DNA from: an archaeon
GTDB taxonomy: Archaea > Thermoplasmatota > Thermoplasmata > WALJ01
Length of the DNA: 62,906 nucleotides
Direction: 5' to 3'
Assembly (NCBI GenBank): GCA_024278375.1
Contig: JAJRTH010000093.1
Location: 1-62,906 of the forward strand
The notes under the pieces were generated by a model. That model saw only the letters and a list, made by a program, of their open reading frames with translations, had not been told where the DNA came from and ran no database searches. Below, one piece after another: positions 35,961-47,384 of this stretch (its first letter is position 1; each line of letters begins with the position of its first letter). The position numbers were made by a program, and so were the translations under genes.

Positions 35961-37016
35961 TTACGGACCTTTCCTTTTCAATATAAGTATGGTCGCTGCA
36001 AACACCGAGAGGATGGCGGCAGCGAGGAGGGGCAGAGGGGAAACCGCCTTGGCACTGGAAGGGATGACACTTGATTCCTGTATTTCCTCTATGGTAAGAA
36101 CCCTATCGGAGAAATGTGGTATGTATACCGCTATCCCGAGTCCGTCACCTGTCTTGGTGCAGTTCCAGAGCGCTTCGCTGCCCGTGGAGAACAGAGCATC
36201 GTAATAACTCCCTTCTCTTACAGGAACTCCGTCGAGAAGAACGCTTATATTGGTGAAATTTGCGGAAGACAGGTGCAGAAATAGGGATTTTCCCGAAGAA
36301 TCGTTGGAAGCGACGGACAACACAACCCTGTCGTCCTCCAGCTCCACGGGTCTGATGGACAGATTGTTGTAGGAAACGGAGGAGAATTCCTTGCCCTTTA
36401 GATACCCTTCGGCACCCAGTCTGTGGAGGGACACGGCATTGGAAAGAGCGCAGTGCAGTTCGTCCGAATCATCTTCGGAACCCTCTAAAGAAAAGGAGAA
36501 ACGAATCAGAAGGACATCTCCGCCTTTCAGAGACACCTCTATGTTCCCACCGGTGAGGGTTATCTCCCCACCCGCGGTTATTTCACCGGATATGCCGTCC
36601 TTTTCGAGAGTTATGCCGGAATCGCTTTTTTCTATGGCCACCCCATGACCGACCTCTATCTTCAGAGAAGAGTCTACCATGGACCTGTAAACTATGCTGG
36701 GAGAGGAGAAATCGCTGACCGTCAGGTTGTACGCCGAAGCGGATATGCCGAACGAAGAGCGCTCATAACGAAAATCATATGGCAGGACATAGGGCAGGTC
36801 GATTCTTTCGAGCATAAGAACATCATGCACATAGACATCATACATGCTCCACTCTCCCGCATCAAACGAGAAGCGGATGTTCTCGCCCTCGAAACCCCCC
36901 ACGGGCCCGGGCATCTCTCCACCGAAATCCTCGCCACCTAGGCCGAGAACTCCCGCGGTGCCGCCTACGAGCAAGCTGAGAACCGCAACGGTGAGAAAGA
37001 CTTTCTTAAGTGCCAT
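35961..37016 (-). CDS. secreted, C-terminally anchored protein of unknown function
   Basis: Start moved to 'MALKKVFLTVAVLSLL' (signal-like), about 30 nt after the TATA-like 'GTATATATTA'. Has a C-terminal TM helix. Confidence 0.45.
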   Translation of the reverse strand: MALKKVFLTVAVLSLLVGGTAGVLGLGGEDFGGEMPGPVGGFEGENIRFSFDAGEWSMYDVYVHDVLMLERIDLPYVLPYDFRYERSSFGISASAYNLTVSDFSSPSIVYRSMVDSSLKIEVGHGVAIEKSDSGITLEKDGISGEITAGGEITLTGGNIEVSLKGGDVLLIRFSFSLEGSEDDSDELHCALSNAVSLHRLGAEGYLKGKEFSSVSYNNLSIRPVELEDDRVVLSVASNDSSGKSLFLHLSSANFTNISVLLDGVPVREGSYYDALFSTGSEALWNCTKTGDGLGIAVYIPHFSDRVLTIEEIQESSVIPSSAKAVSPLPLLAAAILSVFAATILILKRKGP

Positions 37017-37094
37017 CAAGAGATATGCTCTCTTTCTGTAATATATACTCTTTGGTACAAACATAAGACCCGATTAGATGACTCCGCCTCCATC

Positions 37095-37119
37095 GTTTCC
37101 ACACGAAATGAAGGGGTCT
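37095..37119 (-). repeat. 25-nt dispersed repeat, copy B (same sequence as 26736-26760, opposite strand)
   Basis: Exact reverse-complement match. Begins 6 nt after the TAG stop of the small membrane ORF 37124-37285. Confidence 0.9.
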
Positions 37120-37123
37120 TCCC

Positions 37124-37285
37124 CTACGCCTGATCTTCAGATACGGATACGAAAAAGACCCCGAAGCCGAGCCATGTGAGAAGGAGAACCAGAAAAAGCA
37201 CATTCCCACCGGTTAGCACATTAACTGCCACCAGGACGGTGGGGAGAACCATCCAGAATATCAGGGACAGTAAGAACTCTCTCAT
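37124..37285 (-). CDS. small two-TM membrane protein (below the track length cut-off)
   Basis: 53-aa ORF 'MREFLLSLIFWMVLPTVLVAVNVLTGGNVLFLVLLLTWLGFGVFFVSVSEDQA', translated by hand. TAG stop. Confidence 0.35.
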   Translation of the reverse strand: MREFLLSLIFWMVLPTVLVAVNVLTGGNVLFLVLLLTWLGFGVFFVSVSEDQA

Positions 37286-37324
37286 AGTGCAGCGAAAGAG
37301 AAGAAGTATTAAAAAGATTGCTGA

Positions 37325-38593
37325 TTAAAGCCTCTCTAGCAGGTCCATCATCGTCGTGCCGGAAACCATCTTCGGATAGAAGTCCGTGCTCTTCTCAGGC
37401 ATCCTCTCCCCGTTCTTCGCAACCGCCAGAACCTGTTCGGCTCCTGTGGGGTTCATCAGAAATGCCACCCTAGCATCTCCTGCATCCACGCTTTTAACAG
37501 CATCGTCCACCCAGCGCTCGTAGGCTATGCTCTCATCTATCTTCAGGTCTTTAGCGCCCATTATCCCCTCGAATATGACATCCCTGAGAACAACGACATC
37601 CAGCTCTCTGTAATCCTCGCTGTACTCAGGTTTGAAGAATCCCTGTATGGAATCGGAATCCATGAGAACCATACCGAGGTATCTGCGTCCATCATAGGCA
37701 ACGAACGCCTTTCTCTCCCTGTTCTTTTCCAGAAATTCCTCAACATCCTTCCTCTCAAGCTCCTGAACCTCGAAGTACCTCTCAATCTCCTTCAAATGCT
37801 CCTCTCTGAGCTCATGCTTCAGGAGAAGCCTGTGGGTCGGCAGAACAACCAGTCCCTCATCCTGTATCGGGACCATAAGGGTCATGCGGAAATTGAATCC
37901 CTCATCCCCTGTGAAATCAGGGTTTGCGGAGCGCATCTCATCCCTGAATGTAACCGCTGTTTCATACCTGTGGTGCCCATCCGCTATTACCACCTGTTCA
38001 GGCCCTATGACATCTTGTATCGCTCTTATATCATCTGGATCTGTGAGCATCCATATCCTGTTCCTGACTCCGTATTCATCCACCACGTCTATCACAGGTT
38101 CGCCTTTTGCGGCTTTTTCTAGGATATCGATGGTCTTCTTTTCAACATCTGGATACAGCATGAAGCCCGCCTCAAGGTTCTTCTTCGTTGCCCTGAGCAT
38201 GTTCAGCCTGTCTATCTTCGGTCCCTTATGGGTCTTTTCATGGGGCAGCACCACCTTTTCCTCAAATGGATGGAGTTTTACGGCAGAGATGAAGCCCTTT
38301 CTTGTGTATTTCCTTCCAAGAACCTCGAAGTCTTGGAAATAGACATATATTGCGCTCTCCTCATCCTTAGCCAGTATGTCAGATGAAATCCACTCATCGA
38401 CCCTTTTCTTCGCCACTTCGTACCTGTTTTCCTCCTTGGGGAGTATGAGCCGGCAGTAGTTGTATTCGCTCTTTTCATAGTATCTCTCCTGCATATCAGG
38501 GCTTATTTTGTCATAGGGCTGGGTAATCAGGTCCTCCATATTTCCCGCTTTATCCGTGTATCTGATGGCTCTGAAAGGCCTTATCTCTACCAT
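37325..38593 (-). CDS. DUF1015 family protein
   Basis: 422-aa ORF with 'MVEIRPFRAIRY' N-terminus and 'IADGHHRYETA' signature. Confidence 0.75.
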   Translation of the reverse strand: MVEIRPFRAIRYTDKAGNMEDLITQPYDKISPDMQERYYEKSEYNYCRLILPKEENRYEVAKKRVDEWISSDILAKDEESAIYVYFQDFEVLGRKYTRKGFISAVKLHPFEEKVVLPHEKTHKGPKIDRLNMLRATKKNLEAGFMLYPDVEKKTIDILEKAAKGEPVIDVVDEYGVRNRIWMLTDPDDIRAIQDVIGPEQVVIADGHHRYETAVTFRDEMRSANPDFTGDEGFNFRMTLMVPIQDEGLVVLPTHRLLLKHELREEHLKEIERYFEVQELERKDVEEFLEKNRERKAFVAYDGRRYLGMVLMDSDSIQGFFKPEYSEDYRELDVVVLRDVIFEGIMGAKDLKIDESIAYERWVDDAVKSVDAGDARVAFLMNPTGAEQVLAVAKNGERMPEKSTDFYPKMVSGTTMMDLLERL

Positions 38594-38602
38594 TGCCTCA
38601 CC

Positions 38603-39673
38603 TCAGAGTCCCCAGATGTCCTCTATATGCCAGAGAACCTCCTTTATTTCCCCGAGGGTCCATTCGCCCATATGGGCTATCCTGAAGGTTTTTTCCTTGA
38701 GGTCTCCGTAGCCATTGGATATGGCCATACCTCTCTTTGCCAGCTCTTTATTCAGCTCTGCAACGCTCTTTCCCAGAGTGTTCTTTATGGTAGAAACGGT
38801 AACGGATTCATAACCCGGTTCGGGGAACATCTCGAAGTGCTTCTTCGCCCATCCCCTCACCGTATTCGCCATGGCAAGGTGCCTTTCATATCTACCTTCA
38901 GGGGTCTCCTTCAGCATCCTGTCCAGCTGATAGTCGAGGGCATACATCAGCGAGATGTTCGGTGTCGCCGGATTCTGTTTCTTCTTGGCATAGTAATCGA
39001 ATATCACGGGCAGGCTGGTATAATGCCCCTTTCCCGGAATCTCTCTGGACCTCTCTATGGCCGCATCCGAGACGATGCCTATGGAAAGGCCGGGAGGTAG
39101 TGCAAACGCCTTCTGAGAGCTTGTGAACATGATGTCCGTCTGCATCTTATCTGGCTCTAAAAGGTCTCCTCCGGCGGAGGAAACGGCGTCCACGACATAC
39201 ATGACGTCAGGGTACTCCTTCTTTATCGCCTTCCCTATCTCTTTTGCGGGACTCCTCACTCCCGTGGAGGTCTCGTTCTGGGCAAGAGCGACAACGTCGT
39301 AATCTCCCTGTTCCAGAGCCTTCAGAACAAGGTCGGGTTTCGATGCGGTTCCCCACTCGAGGTCAAGTATGTCCACCTCTTTTCCGCACTCCCGAATGGT
39401 CGTGAACATCCTCTTTGAGAACGCACCGTTCACAACGGCCAGGGCCTTCTTTTTTACCAGATTCCTTGCGGTTATGTCCATCCAGAGCGTGCCTGAGGAG
39501 GTAATCACGGTTATGTTCTGCTCGGTTTTGAAGTACTTTCCGAGATTGTCTATTACTCCTGTGTAGAGCGCGGTATATTCCGCCATCCTGTGTCCTATCA
39601 TGGGCTTTGCCTGAGCCATCAGAACCTGAGGGTCAACTTCCGTGGGTCCGGGTATGAACAATCTTTTATGCAT
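38603..39673 (-). CDS. class V aminotransferase (serine-glyoxylate/phosphoserine aminotransferase-like)
   Basis: 356-aa ORF with the PLP-lysine region 'FTSSQKAFALPPG'. Confidence 0.8.
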   Translation of the reverse strand: MHKRLFIPGPTEVDPQVLMAQAKPMIGHRMAEYTALYTGVIDNLGKYFKTEQNITVITSSGTLWMDITARNLVKKKALAVVNGAFSKRMFTTIRECGKEVDILDLEWGTASKPDLVLKALEQGDYDVVALAQNETSTGVRSPAKEIGKAIKKEYPDVMYVVDAVSSAGGDLLEPDKMQTDIMFTSSQKAFALPPGLSIGIVSDAAIERSREIPGKGHYTSLPVIFDYYAKKKQNPATPNISLMYALDYQLDRMLKETPEGRYERHLAMANTVRGWAKKHFEMFPEPGYESVTVSTIKNTLGKSVAELNKELAKRGMAISNGYGDLKEKTFRIAHMGEWTLGEIKEVLWHIEDIWGL

Positions 39674-39705
39674 ATTATCACCACTTCTCCATCTGCCCTA
39701 TGTAT

Positions 39706-40221
39706 TTAATCTTTCTTCCAAATCTCATGCTTTCCGGCCTTATGCTCGTCCCTCAGCCTGTGATACACCGAGGCATTCTTCACGCACGCTTCCCTGAACT
39801 TCTCGCCGCTCTCATCTGTTTTTATTACCTTTCCAGGAACGCCAAGAACAAGGCTGTTAGGCGGGACCTTCATGCCCGATGTCACAAGTGCATTGGCGCC
39901 TATTATCGAGTTATCGCCTATCTCCGCACCGTCCAGAACCGTCGCGTTTATCCCTATTATCACATTGTTTCCGATCTTCGCGCCGTGCACCATGGCGAGA
40001 TGCCCGACGGAAACGTTCTCTCCGATCTCCACATCGTTCTCGGGACTCACATGGATGATACAGTTGTCCTGTATGTTGCTTCCCTTTCCTATTCTTATCG
40101 GCTTCAGGTCAGCCCTTATCACCGCTCCGTACCATATCCCACATCCTTCGCCTATCTCGACATCCCCGATTATCGTGGCATTCGGAGCCACAAAACACGA
40201 CTCATGGATTTTCGGCTTCAT
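39706..40221 (-). CDS. gamma-class carbonic anhydrase-like hexapeptide-repeat protein
   Basis: Left-handed beta-helix repeats ('IIGDVEIGEGCGIWYGAVIRAD...IQDNCIIH'). Start moved to 'MKPKIHES'. Confidence 0.75.
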   Translation of the reverse strand: MKPKIHESCFVAPNATIIGDVEIGEGCGIWYGAVIRADLKPIRIGKGSNIQDNCIIHVSPENDVEIGENVSVGHLAMVHGAKIGNNVIIGINATVLDGAEIGDNSIIGANALVTSGMKVPPNSLVLGVPGKVIKTDESGEKFREACVKNASVYHRLRDEHKAGKHEIWKKD

Positions 40222-40268
40222 GCACAGGGCACAAATGGACCACTTTAAAGGGTTTTGGGGCAACAGGT

Positions 40269-40610
40269 TTATCTCTGCATTTCCTTGCTTATCTTCTCCT
40301 GCAGTGCGGCATATCTGTCCTTTATGCGGCTCTCCTGTCTTTCGAGCGCTTTTAGCCTTATCTCGAGCGATTCTTTCTTCTCCTCAAGCTCCTTTTTCAG
40401 GGCATCCACATCCTTCACTCTGAAGGACAGGTTTCCCACGTTCTTGTAAACCGGAGTGTCTCTGTCTATCCGGTCGAGCTCTTCGAGAGTGACCTCTATC
40501 TCCTTTTTCTGGGTCTCGAACTGGTATCTCTGTGTCGCTATGCTCTGGAGCTGCTGCTGAAGCTGCTGTGCTTCCATCAATTCGTTCTGCATCTTTGGAC
40601 TTAATTCCAT
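40269..40610 (-). CDS. pfdB: prefoldin beta subunit
   Basis: 113-aa coiled-coil/beta-hairpin/coiled-coil layout ('VYKNVGNLSFRV'). Confidence 0.8.
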   Translation of the reverse strand: MELSPKMQNELMEAQQLQQQLQSIATQRYQFETQKKEIEVTLEELDRIDRDTPVYKNVGNLSFRVKDVDALKKELEEKKESLEIRLKALERQESRIKDRYAALQEKISKEMQR

Positions 40611-40611
40611 G

Positions 40612-40839
40612 TTATTCCTCCATTGCTTCTTTTGCTGAAAGGGCGGCCGAAAGCCACCTGAGATAGGAAGAAAGCGAGGCCCTTAAAGCGGTGGTGTCCT
40701 CGGCTTTTATCTCGATCACGAGGGCATCTCCCTCCGTCCTAAGGGATACCTCAGAGCGCGGTATTTTTTCCTCAATCTCAGGAAGCAGGGCCCTCTCGAT
40801 GCTGGAAATACCATCCACTACGAGGAGCGCGGAATGCAT
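40612..40839 (-). CDS. pcc1: KEOPS complex subunit Pcc1
   Basis: Start moved to the ATG 'MHSALLVVDG'. 'LVIEIKAEDTTALRASLSSYLRWL' is the Pcc1 pattern. Canonical position next to rpoP/L37ae/pfdB. Confidence 0.6.
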   Translation of the reverse strand: MHSALLVVDGISSIERALLPEIEEKIPRSEVSLRTEGDALVIEIKAEDTTALRASLSSYLRWLSAALSAKEAMEE

Positions 40840-40840
40840 C

Positions 40841-40984
40841 TTACCTCGCAATCAGTCTTTTTCTTATGTTCGGCCTTTTCTTATAGAATATCTTCGAACC
40901 GCAGTAGCTGCACTGCATGCCGACGCGGTTTATTGCCGTGTCCTCGAGGTCCCTCTTGCATTTGGCACAGATGTATTCGCTCAT
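40841..40984 (-). CDS. rpoP: DNA-directed RNA polymerase subunit P (Rpo12)
   Basis: 47-aa ORF translated by hand: 'MSEYICAKCKRDLEDTAINRVGMQCSYCGSKIFYKKRPNIRKRLIAR'. Zinc ribbon. Its ATG overlaps the L37ae stop. Confidence 0.75.
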   Translation of the reverse strand: MSEYICAKCKRDLEDTAINRVGMQCSYCGSKIFYKKRPNIRKRLIAR

Positions 40985-41241
40985 ATGCTCTCCTCCTTAA
41001 CCTCCTTTTTCCACGATTCCTTCGTGAACGGATAGTATGCGCCACCTGCAAATGTATATCCGCATTTCTTGCATTTCCATATGCCTGTGCTTATCCTCCT
41101 TACGGTGTTGTGGTTGCATCTCGGGCAGGTGTATTTCCGGGATTTCATCCTCGCTACCTTTCCAAGGCTCCTTCGGACCTTAACCCCGTATCTGGGACCG
41201 TATATCCCCGCGGGACCGACTTTCTTCGTTTTTTTAGACAT
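40981..41241 (-). CDS. rpl37ae: 50S ribosomal protein L37Ae
   Basis: 86-aa ORF with 'YGPRYG...YTCPRC...WKCKKCG' zinc ribbon. Confidence 0.85.
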   Translation of the reverse strand: MSKKTKKVGPAGIYGPRYGVKVRRSLGKVARMKSRKYTCPRCNHNTVRRISTGIWKCKKCGYTFAGGAYYPFTKESWKKEVKEESI

Positions 41242-42037
41242 CGGAAGCGCCTCCTTTCACGGCATCCATGAGGATTTCTCTGAGTTCCTTTCCTTTCTCT
41301 TCGGCCGTTTTCACGATATCCTTCACTTCCTCGTAGGTAAAGCCACCACTTAAACCTTTCTGCATTGCTCTCACATGCCCGTCTTGGTCCGTGTAGACGG
41401 AAAGGCGCGCATCGGCGACCTTCTCCTCATCCAGAGCGGGATCCACGAGAACGACATCCTTTATCTTCACGAATGTGGTCATTACAGGCCAGTTCTTTAT
41501 CGGCAGACGGAAGTCGTCTCCAAGTTCGTACTGGGATGCAGGAACCGTCGTACTGGCCAGAGCGGCTACGGAAGCGAGAGCGGCAGCATCGAACAGATTG
41601 CCGTCGTAATCCAGAATATGCAGGTCCAGGAACATGATCCAGACCTTTTCTCCCGGCTCTATGCAGAGCTTTGTCAGGTCAACGACCTCGCCTTCCCGGA
41701 GACCTCTGTCAACGACCCTCGAGAGCTCTATGGAATTCGCATCCGGAGGGCCAGCCTCGAAATAGGGCGAGGCCATGGGAATCAGCTCGGCATTGGTGGT
41801 AAGAACACCCACATCGGGAGTATCCGGAAAAGGCTCTCCGATGCTCATCTTGATGCCTGCGAGAACATCCGTGCTTCCAAGATGGACTCTGGCGGAGCCC
41901 TCCGCCACCTCTATGACGTTCGGCTCTATCGTTATCTTTCTGTATTTATAAAGATCCCTCCCGTCAGGCCTCTTATTTTCCATGAGGCTCTTGTATATGT
42001 AATCTCTCAATATCTGGGCTACTGTTTCCTGGCTCAT
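41234..42037 (-). CDS. rrp42: exosome complex component Rrp42
   Basis: 267-aa RNase PH-like ORF ('RPDGRDLYKYRKITIE...EGSARVHLGSTDVLAGIK'). Confidence 0.85.
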   Translation of the reverse strand: MSQETVAQILRDYIYKSLMENKRPDGRDLYKYRKITIEPNVIEVAEGSARVHLGSTDVLAGIKMSIGEPFPDTPDVGVLTTNAELIPMASPYFEAGPPDANSIELSRVVDRGLREGEVVDLTKLCIEPGEKVWIMFLDLHILDYDGNLFDAAALASVAALASTTVPASQYELGDDFRLPIKNWPVMTTFVKIKDVVLVDPALDEEKVADARLSVYTDQDGHVRAMQKGLSGGFTYEEVKDIVKTAEEKGKELREILMDAVKGGASDV

Positions 42038-42813
42038 TACTCTTCCTCCTTTATCTCTTCCATGCTGGCAATCTCCTCCTTTTCCTCCTCCGCCACGATG
42101 GCGTATCTCCTGCGCAGAGCCTCCTTCTGGAGCTCGTATATTCTGAGAGAAGCGTCCTTGGCCATATCTATCGCATTGAAAAGCTCCTCCCGGGTCATGT
42201 CTCCGTCCATTTGAAGGAGAACTATCTCTCCGGTCCTGGGAATTATTGCGAGAGGGACATCGGCCTGACCGAAGTTGTCCTCTTCCTTTCCCAGGTCAAG
42301 CACAACCGTGCCCTCCACCTTTCCGGCGGCACATCCGACCACCAGGTCCTTCATGGGAATCCCGGCATCAGCGAGCGCCACCGATGCCGCAGTCAGTCCG
42401 GCGCATCTGGTGCCGGCATTGGCCTGGAGAACCTCTATGAATACGTCTATCGAAGACCGAGGGAACAGCTCGGTCAGTATGACACTCTCCAGAGCTTCGG
42501 ATATTATTTTCGATATCTCCACGGATCTCCTGTCCGGCCCGGGCCTCTTTCTATCACCAACGGAAAAAGGAGCCATGTTGTACCTGCACTGAACTATGGC
42601 CTTCGCGGAGTCCTGCAAATGCCTCGGATGCGCCTCTCGAGGGCCATAAACAGCGGCCAACACTTTGTTTTTTCCCCATTCAAGATAGGCGGACCCGTCC
42701 GCCCGTTTAAGAACACCAGCTTCTATCTTTATGGGTCTCAACTGATCAGGCTTTCTTCCGTCTATCCTCACGCCCTTGTCATCTATCAATTTAATATCTG
42801 TCTTCATACTCAT
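42037..42813 (-). CDS. rrp41: exosome complex exonuclease Rrp41
   Basis: 258-aa RNase PH ORF ('[32 protein letters not shown]'). Confidence 0.9.
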   Translation of the reverse strand: MSMKTDIKLIDDKGVRIDGRKPDQLRPIKIEAGVLKRADGSAYLEWGKNKVLAAVYGPREAHPRHLQDSAKAIVQCRYNMAPFSVGDRKRPGPDRRSVEISKIISEALESVILTELFPRSSIDVFIEVLQANAGTRCAGLTAASVALADAGIPMKDLVVGCAAGKVEGTVVLDLGKEEDNFGQADVPLAIIPRTGEIVLLQMDGDMTREELFNAIDMAKDASLRIYELQKEALRRRYAIVAEEEKEEIASMEEIKEEE

Positions 42814-42814
42814 T

Positions 42815-43510
42815 TCATTGCCTCCTTATCTTTTTACTCTCTTTCTCAAGAAATTCCTTTATCTTGTCGGTAAGTCCTATGGTCTGCGCCTCCTCGTCTA
42901 TCTTTTTTATTGCCCTTATTGCGAGGGCTATGCCGTCAACATCTCCGTCTATCCATATTCTTCCATTCTGGCCCACGAATATCCTGCACTCGGTGTATTC
43001 TTTAAGCAGGTTTATCATCGAACCGCCCTTTCCTATCACACGCGGCACCTTCGAGGCCGGAATCTCAATTATATTTCCTCCGGAGAGCTTCCTAAGCCCC
43101 TGGTCCTTCATGCTAACTCTCACATGCTTGGCCTCATCCACACCGTCCACTTTCACCAGAACGGTGTCACCGACCTTAAGATATGAGGGCGTATCTCCGA
43201 AATTCACTTTCCAGGGCACATCGTTGACGTGGAGAGGGGCGGGATACGGAGAGTTTATATCGACGAGCCAAGACGTGGCGCCGGCCTCCGTGATTATTCC
43301 TATGACTTTGTCCCCGTACCGGGGTATGTATCTCCCGTTCAGGGGAAAGACGTTCACATAGTTCTTGCTTATGTTCTTTATTCCGAGCTGTGCGGCATAT
43401 ATAATACCGTTCTCGGCATATGTGCCCACTCCGGGTCTGAGGCCGGTGGTATCGACGACCTCCCCGGGAAGCACAAGTTCCCTGATCACATTAGGTTTTT
43501 CCTCATTCAT
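42815..43510 (-). CDS. rrp4: exosome complex RNA-binding subunit Rrp4
   Basis: 231-aa ORF with S1 and KH ('[14 protein letters not shown]') domains. Confidence 0.85.
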   Translation of the reverse strand: MNEEKPNVIRELVLPGEVVDTTGLRPGVGTYAENGIIYAAQLGIKNISKNYVNVFPLNGRYIPRYGDKVIGIITEAGATSWLVDINSPYPAPLHVNDVPWKVNFGDTPSYLKVGDTVLVKVDGVDEAKHVRVSMKDQGLRKLSGGNIIEIPASKVPRVIGKGGSMINLLKEYTECRIFVGQNGRIWIDGDVDGIALAIRAIKKIDEEAQTIGLTDKIKEFLEKESKKIRRQ

Positions 43511-43528
43511 TCTATCACGCTCTAAAAA

Positions 43529-44227
43529 TTAACTATTTAACAGTTTTGTTTCCACATCTCCTTTTGTTTTTTTATTGAGGTGGTCAAAAAATTCAATCTG
43601 CACACCGGCCGGAATCTCGACAACCCCTATCCAAGACCCATCTTTTTGCCATTCTTCTTTTATTATCTGTCCGTATGAGACAAGGTCTCCGTACACTTTT
43701 CCGTAGTTCTCTCCGGAGAGTCGGATGGCAACCCTTACCTTCTCGAACCTTATTGGGATTATCGGCCTGAGGGCATCCAGGACCTTCTGGACCTGCTGCT
43801 CCGCTGGTTTGAACGGGTCTATATGCACATGTGCCTCTTCCATGGCCGCCTCTATTCTCTGCGGAGGATGCGGTGTCTTTGTCTGGGGGTTTATGGCGTT
43901 TTTCGCTATTTCCGCCACTATTTTCCTTCTCTTTTCCTCCTGCATCTTCCTTCTCTGCTCCGTTGTTAGCTGAACCTCTCCCTTCTTTACGATATGGAGG
44001 GCGACCTCATTTATGTCCTCGGTACCGAAGACTTTTCTTATGGATTCTTCGGAGGCCCGATCTCCCTTTCTGGCATCCTTAAAAACGTCTTCCACGGCAA
44101 GGAACTCTCTGATATCTTTCACCTCTCCGGAATGGACCTTCTCCACGATATCCGGGTCTATGAGAATTTCGAAGCGCTCTCCGTGAGATTCGAGTCTGGC
44201 TATTACGGCATCGTCGAGGCTTACCAT
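43529..44227 (-). CDS. sdo1: ribosome maturation protein SBDS/Sdo1
   Basis: '[26 protein letters not shown]' is a typical SBDS N-terminus. Start moved to the ATG at 44227, 1 nt after the psmA stop. Confidence 0.85.
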   Translation of the reverse strand: MVSLDDAVIARLESHGERFEILIDPDIVEKVHSGEVKDIREFLAVEDVFKDARKGDRASEESIRKVFGTEDINEVALHIVKKGEVQLTTEQRRKMQEEKRRKIVAEIAKNAINPQTKTPHPPQRIEAAMEEAHVHIDPFKPAEQQVQKVLDALRPIIPIRFEKVRVAIRLSGENYGKVYGDLVSYGQIIKEEWQKDGSWIGVVEIPAGVQIEFFDHLNKKTKGDVETKLLNS

Positions 44228-44228
44228 C

Positions 44229-44963
44229 TCAATCTCCCTTGAGTTCGGCACCCAGGAACTTGCTTATGCTCTTCTTTATCTCATCATCCTTCAATTTCCT
44301 GAATCTCTTTCCTTTCTGGACCACGCCTATCTCAACAGATATTGGGTTCAGCGGCTCTTCGTTGGCCTTCTGAAGGGCCCTCAATCCGAGGGAAAGGGCG
44401 TCTTCTCTGCTCATCCCGTCCTTGTGTTCGGCCTCCAGCATCTCCATCACAACGTCCTTTCCCGCCCCTATGCTCGTCGCTTTGTATGCGAAGAGAGCGC
44501 CGCTGGGGTCTGTCTCGAACAGATGCGGTCCCTTTTCGTCGTGTCCCGCGATGAGGAGCGCTATTCCGAAGGGCCTGACACCTCCGTACTGAGTATACTG
44601 CTGCTTGTAATCACATATCTTCTTTGCGAGCGCCTCCACCAGAATGGGCTCGTCATAGGTGACACGATTTATCTGTGCCAGCACCCGTGCATAGTCGATT
44701 ATTATTCTCGCATCGGCCACCAGTCCCGAGGTGGAGACGCCTATGTGCTCATCCACTTCATATATCTTCTCAACAGAATCCGCCTCAATCAATTTCGAAC
44801 TGAGTCTCTTGTCCGCTATCAGCACGACACCGTCCTTGAATTTCAGACCTATGGTTGTCGTACCTCTGGTGACGGCCACCCTTGCATATTCAACCTGAAA
44901 CAGGCGCCCGTCTGGAGAGAACACAGTTATAGCTCTATCATACGCCATCTGACCTGGTTGCAT
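44229..44963 (-). CDS. psmA: proteasome alpha subunit
   Basis: '[20 protein letters not shown]' signature. Confidence 0.9.
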   Translation of the reverse strand: MQPGQMAYDRAITVFSPDGRLFQVEYARVAVTRGTTTIGLKFKDGVVLIADKRLSSKLIEADSVEKIYEVDEHIGVSTSGLVADARIIIDYARVLAQINRVTYDEPILVEALAKKICDYKQQYTQYGGVRPFGIALLIAGHDEKGPHLFETDPSGALFAYKATSIGAGKDVVMEMLEAEHKDGMSREDALSLGLRALQKANEEPLNPISVEIGVVQKGKRFRKLKDDEIKKSISKFLGAELKGD

Positions 44964-45039
44964 TCAAATTCACCGCTCCGCTATCACACATTCGCATATA
45001 AAGGTTTGCGAAAAATGATTACAAAAGAAGCGATTATAA

Positions 45040-46493
<1,454 letters not shown>

Positions 46494-46527
46494 GGAAAGA
46501 ATAATCTACATCCGGCAATCACCGAAC

Positions 46528-47346
46528 ATGCGCTCCATAATAATCTCCACGGAGGACATCGCAAGCAGGAACATCCGGGACAGGCTTCTGGAGGCGGAAG
46601 ATTGGGAGGAAATCGGAGAATTCCGTTCGTTCCCTGCCTACAGATGGAAGGACTATGTAATCTTGCAGCATGAGAAGCCCCACATATATGCAGAGGGCAT
46701 TGACGTCGAGGTGGAGAGCTTTATCGGAGAAAGACCGGAATTCCTTGTTTTTGCATCAAAACACAAAAGCGAGTCCGGAAAGAGAGCGCTGACCGTGCAT
46801 GCTGTCGGAAACTATGGAAAGGCAGAATATGGGGGAAAGGAGGGCACTCTCTCAGCGTCATGTCCCATACTGATGACCGAAGCCCTGAGGCTTGTAAATA
46901 AACACAACCGCCTCGGGGATTTCTCTGTTTCATATGAGGTGACCCACCATGGCCCTTATCTCGAAACCCCTTCATTTTTCATCGAAATCGGTAGTACGGA
47001 GGAGGAGTGGAGGAACATAACGGCGGGGGAGGCGATAGCAAAAGCCATTCTCGAACTCGGAGAAATCAGAGAAAGCAAGGACAAGATTGCCATAGGAATC
47101 GGCGGAGGGCACTATGCCCCGAGGTTCTCGGAGCTGGCACTGGAAAAAGCGATAAGTTTCGGTCATATGGCCCCAAGATATGCAGTGGAAAATCTGGATA
47201 GAAGGATGCTGGGGCAGATGGTCGAAAAGAGCGGAGCCGAATACGTTTATTTTTACAAGGTCGGCCTTAAGAGGTCCCAGATAACGGAGATGAGGAAGAT
47301 ACTGGAGGATATGGGAGTCAGGAGAATAAAGAGCGACGAGATGTAG
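46528..47346 (+). CDS. dtdA: D-aminoacyl-tRNA deacylase, archaeal type (DtdA)
   Basis: 272-aa ORF. 'VFASKHKSESG', 'EVTHHGP' and 'GIGGGHYAPRF' blocks. TAG stop. Confidence 0.65.
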   Translation: MRSIIISTEDIASRNIRDRLLEAEDWEEIGEFRSFPAYRWKDYVILQHEKPHIYAEGIDVEVESFIGERPEFLVFASKHKSESGKRALTVHAVGNYGKAEYGGKEGTLSASCPILMTEALRLVNKHNRLGDFSVSYEVTHHGPYLETPSFFIEIGSTEEEWRNITAGEAIAKAILELGEIRESKDKIAIGIGGGHYAPRFSELALEKAISFGHMAPRYAVENLDRRMLGQMVEKSGAEYVYFYKVGLKRSQITEMRKILEDMGVRRIKSDEM

Positions 47347-47384
47347 GGAAACCGGCGAAGGAAAAATACCGGAAATTAAGGGGG

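Noticed and set aside
26736-37119. A CRISPR array or a mobile element delimited by the two 25-nt repeats.
   Set aside because: There are only two copies, 10.3 kb apart and inverted, with no regular repeat-spacer periodicity and no cas, integrase or transposase genes. The enclosed segment contains core genes (endA, radA, rfcL).
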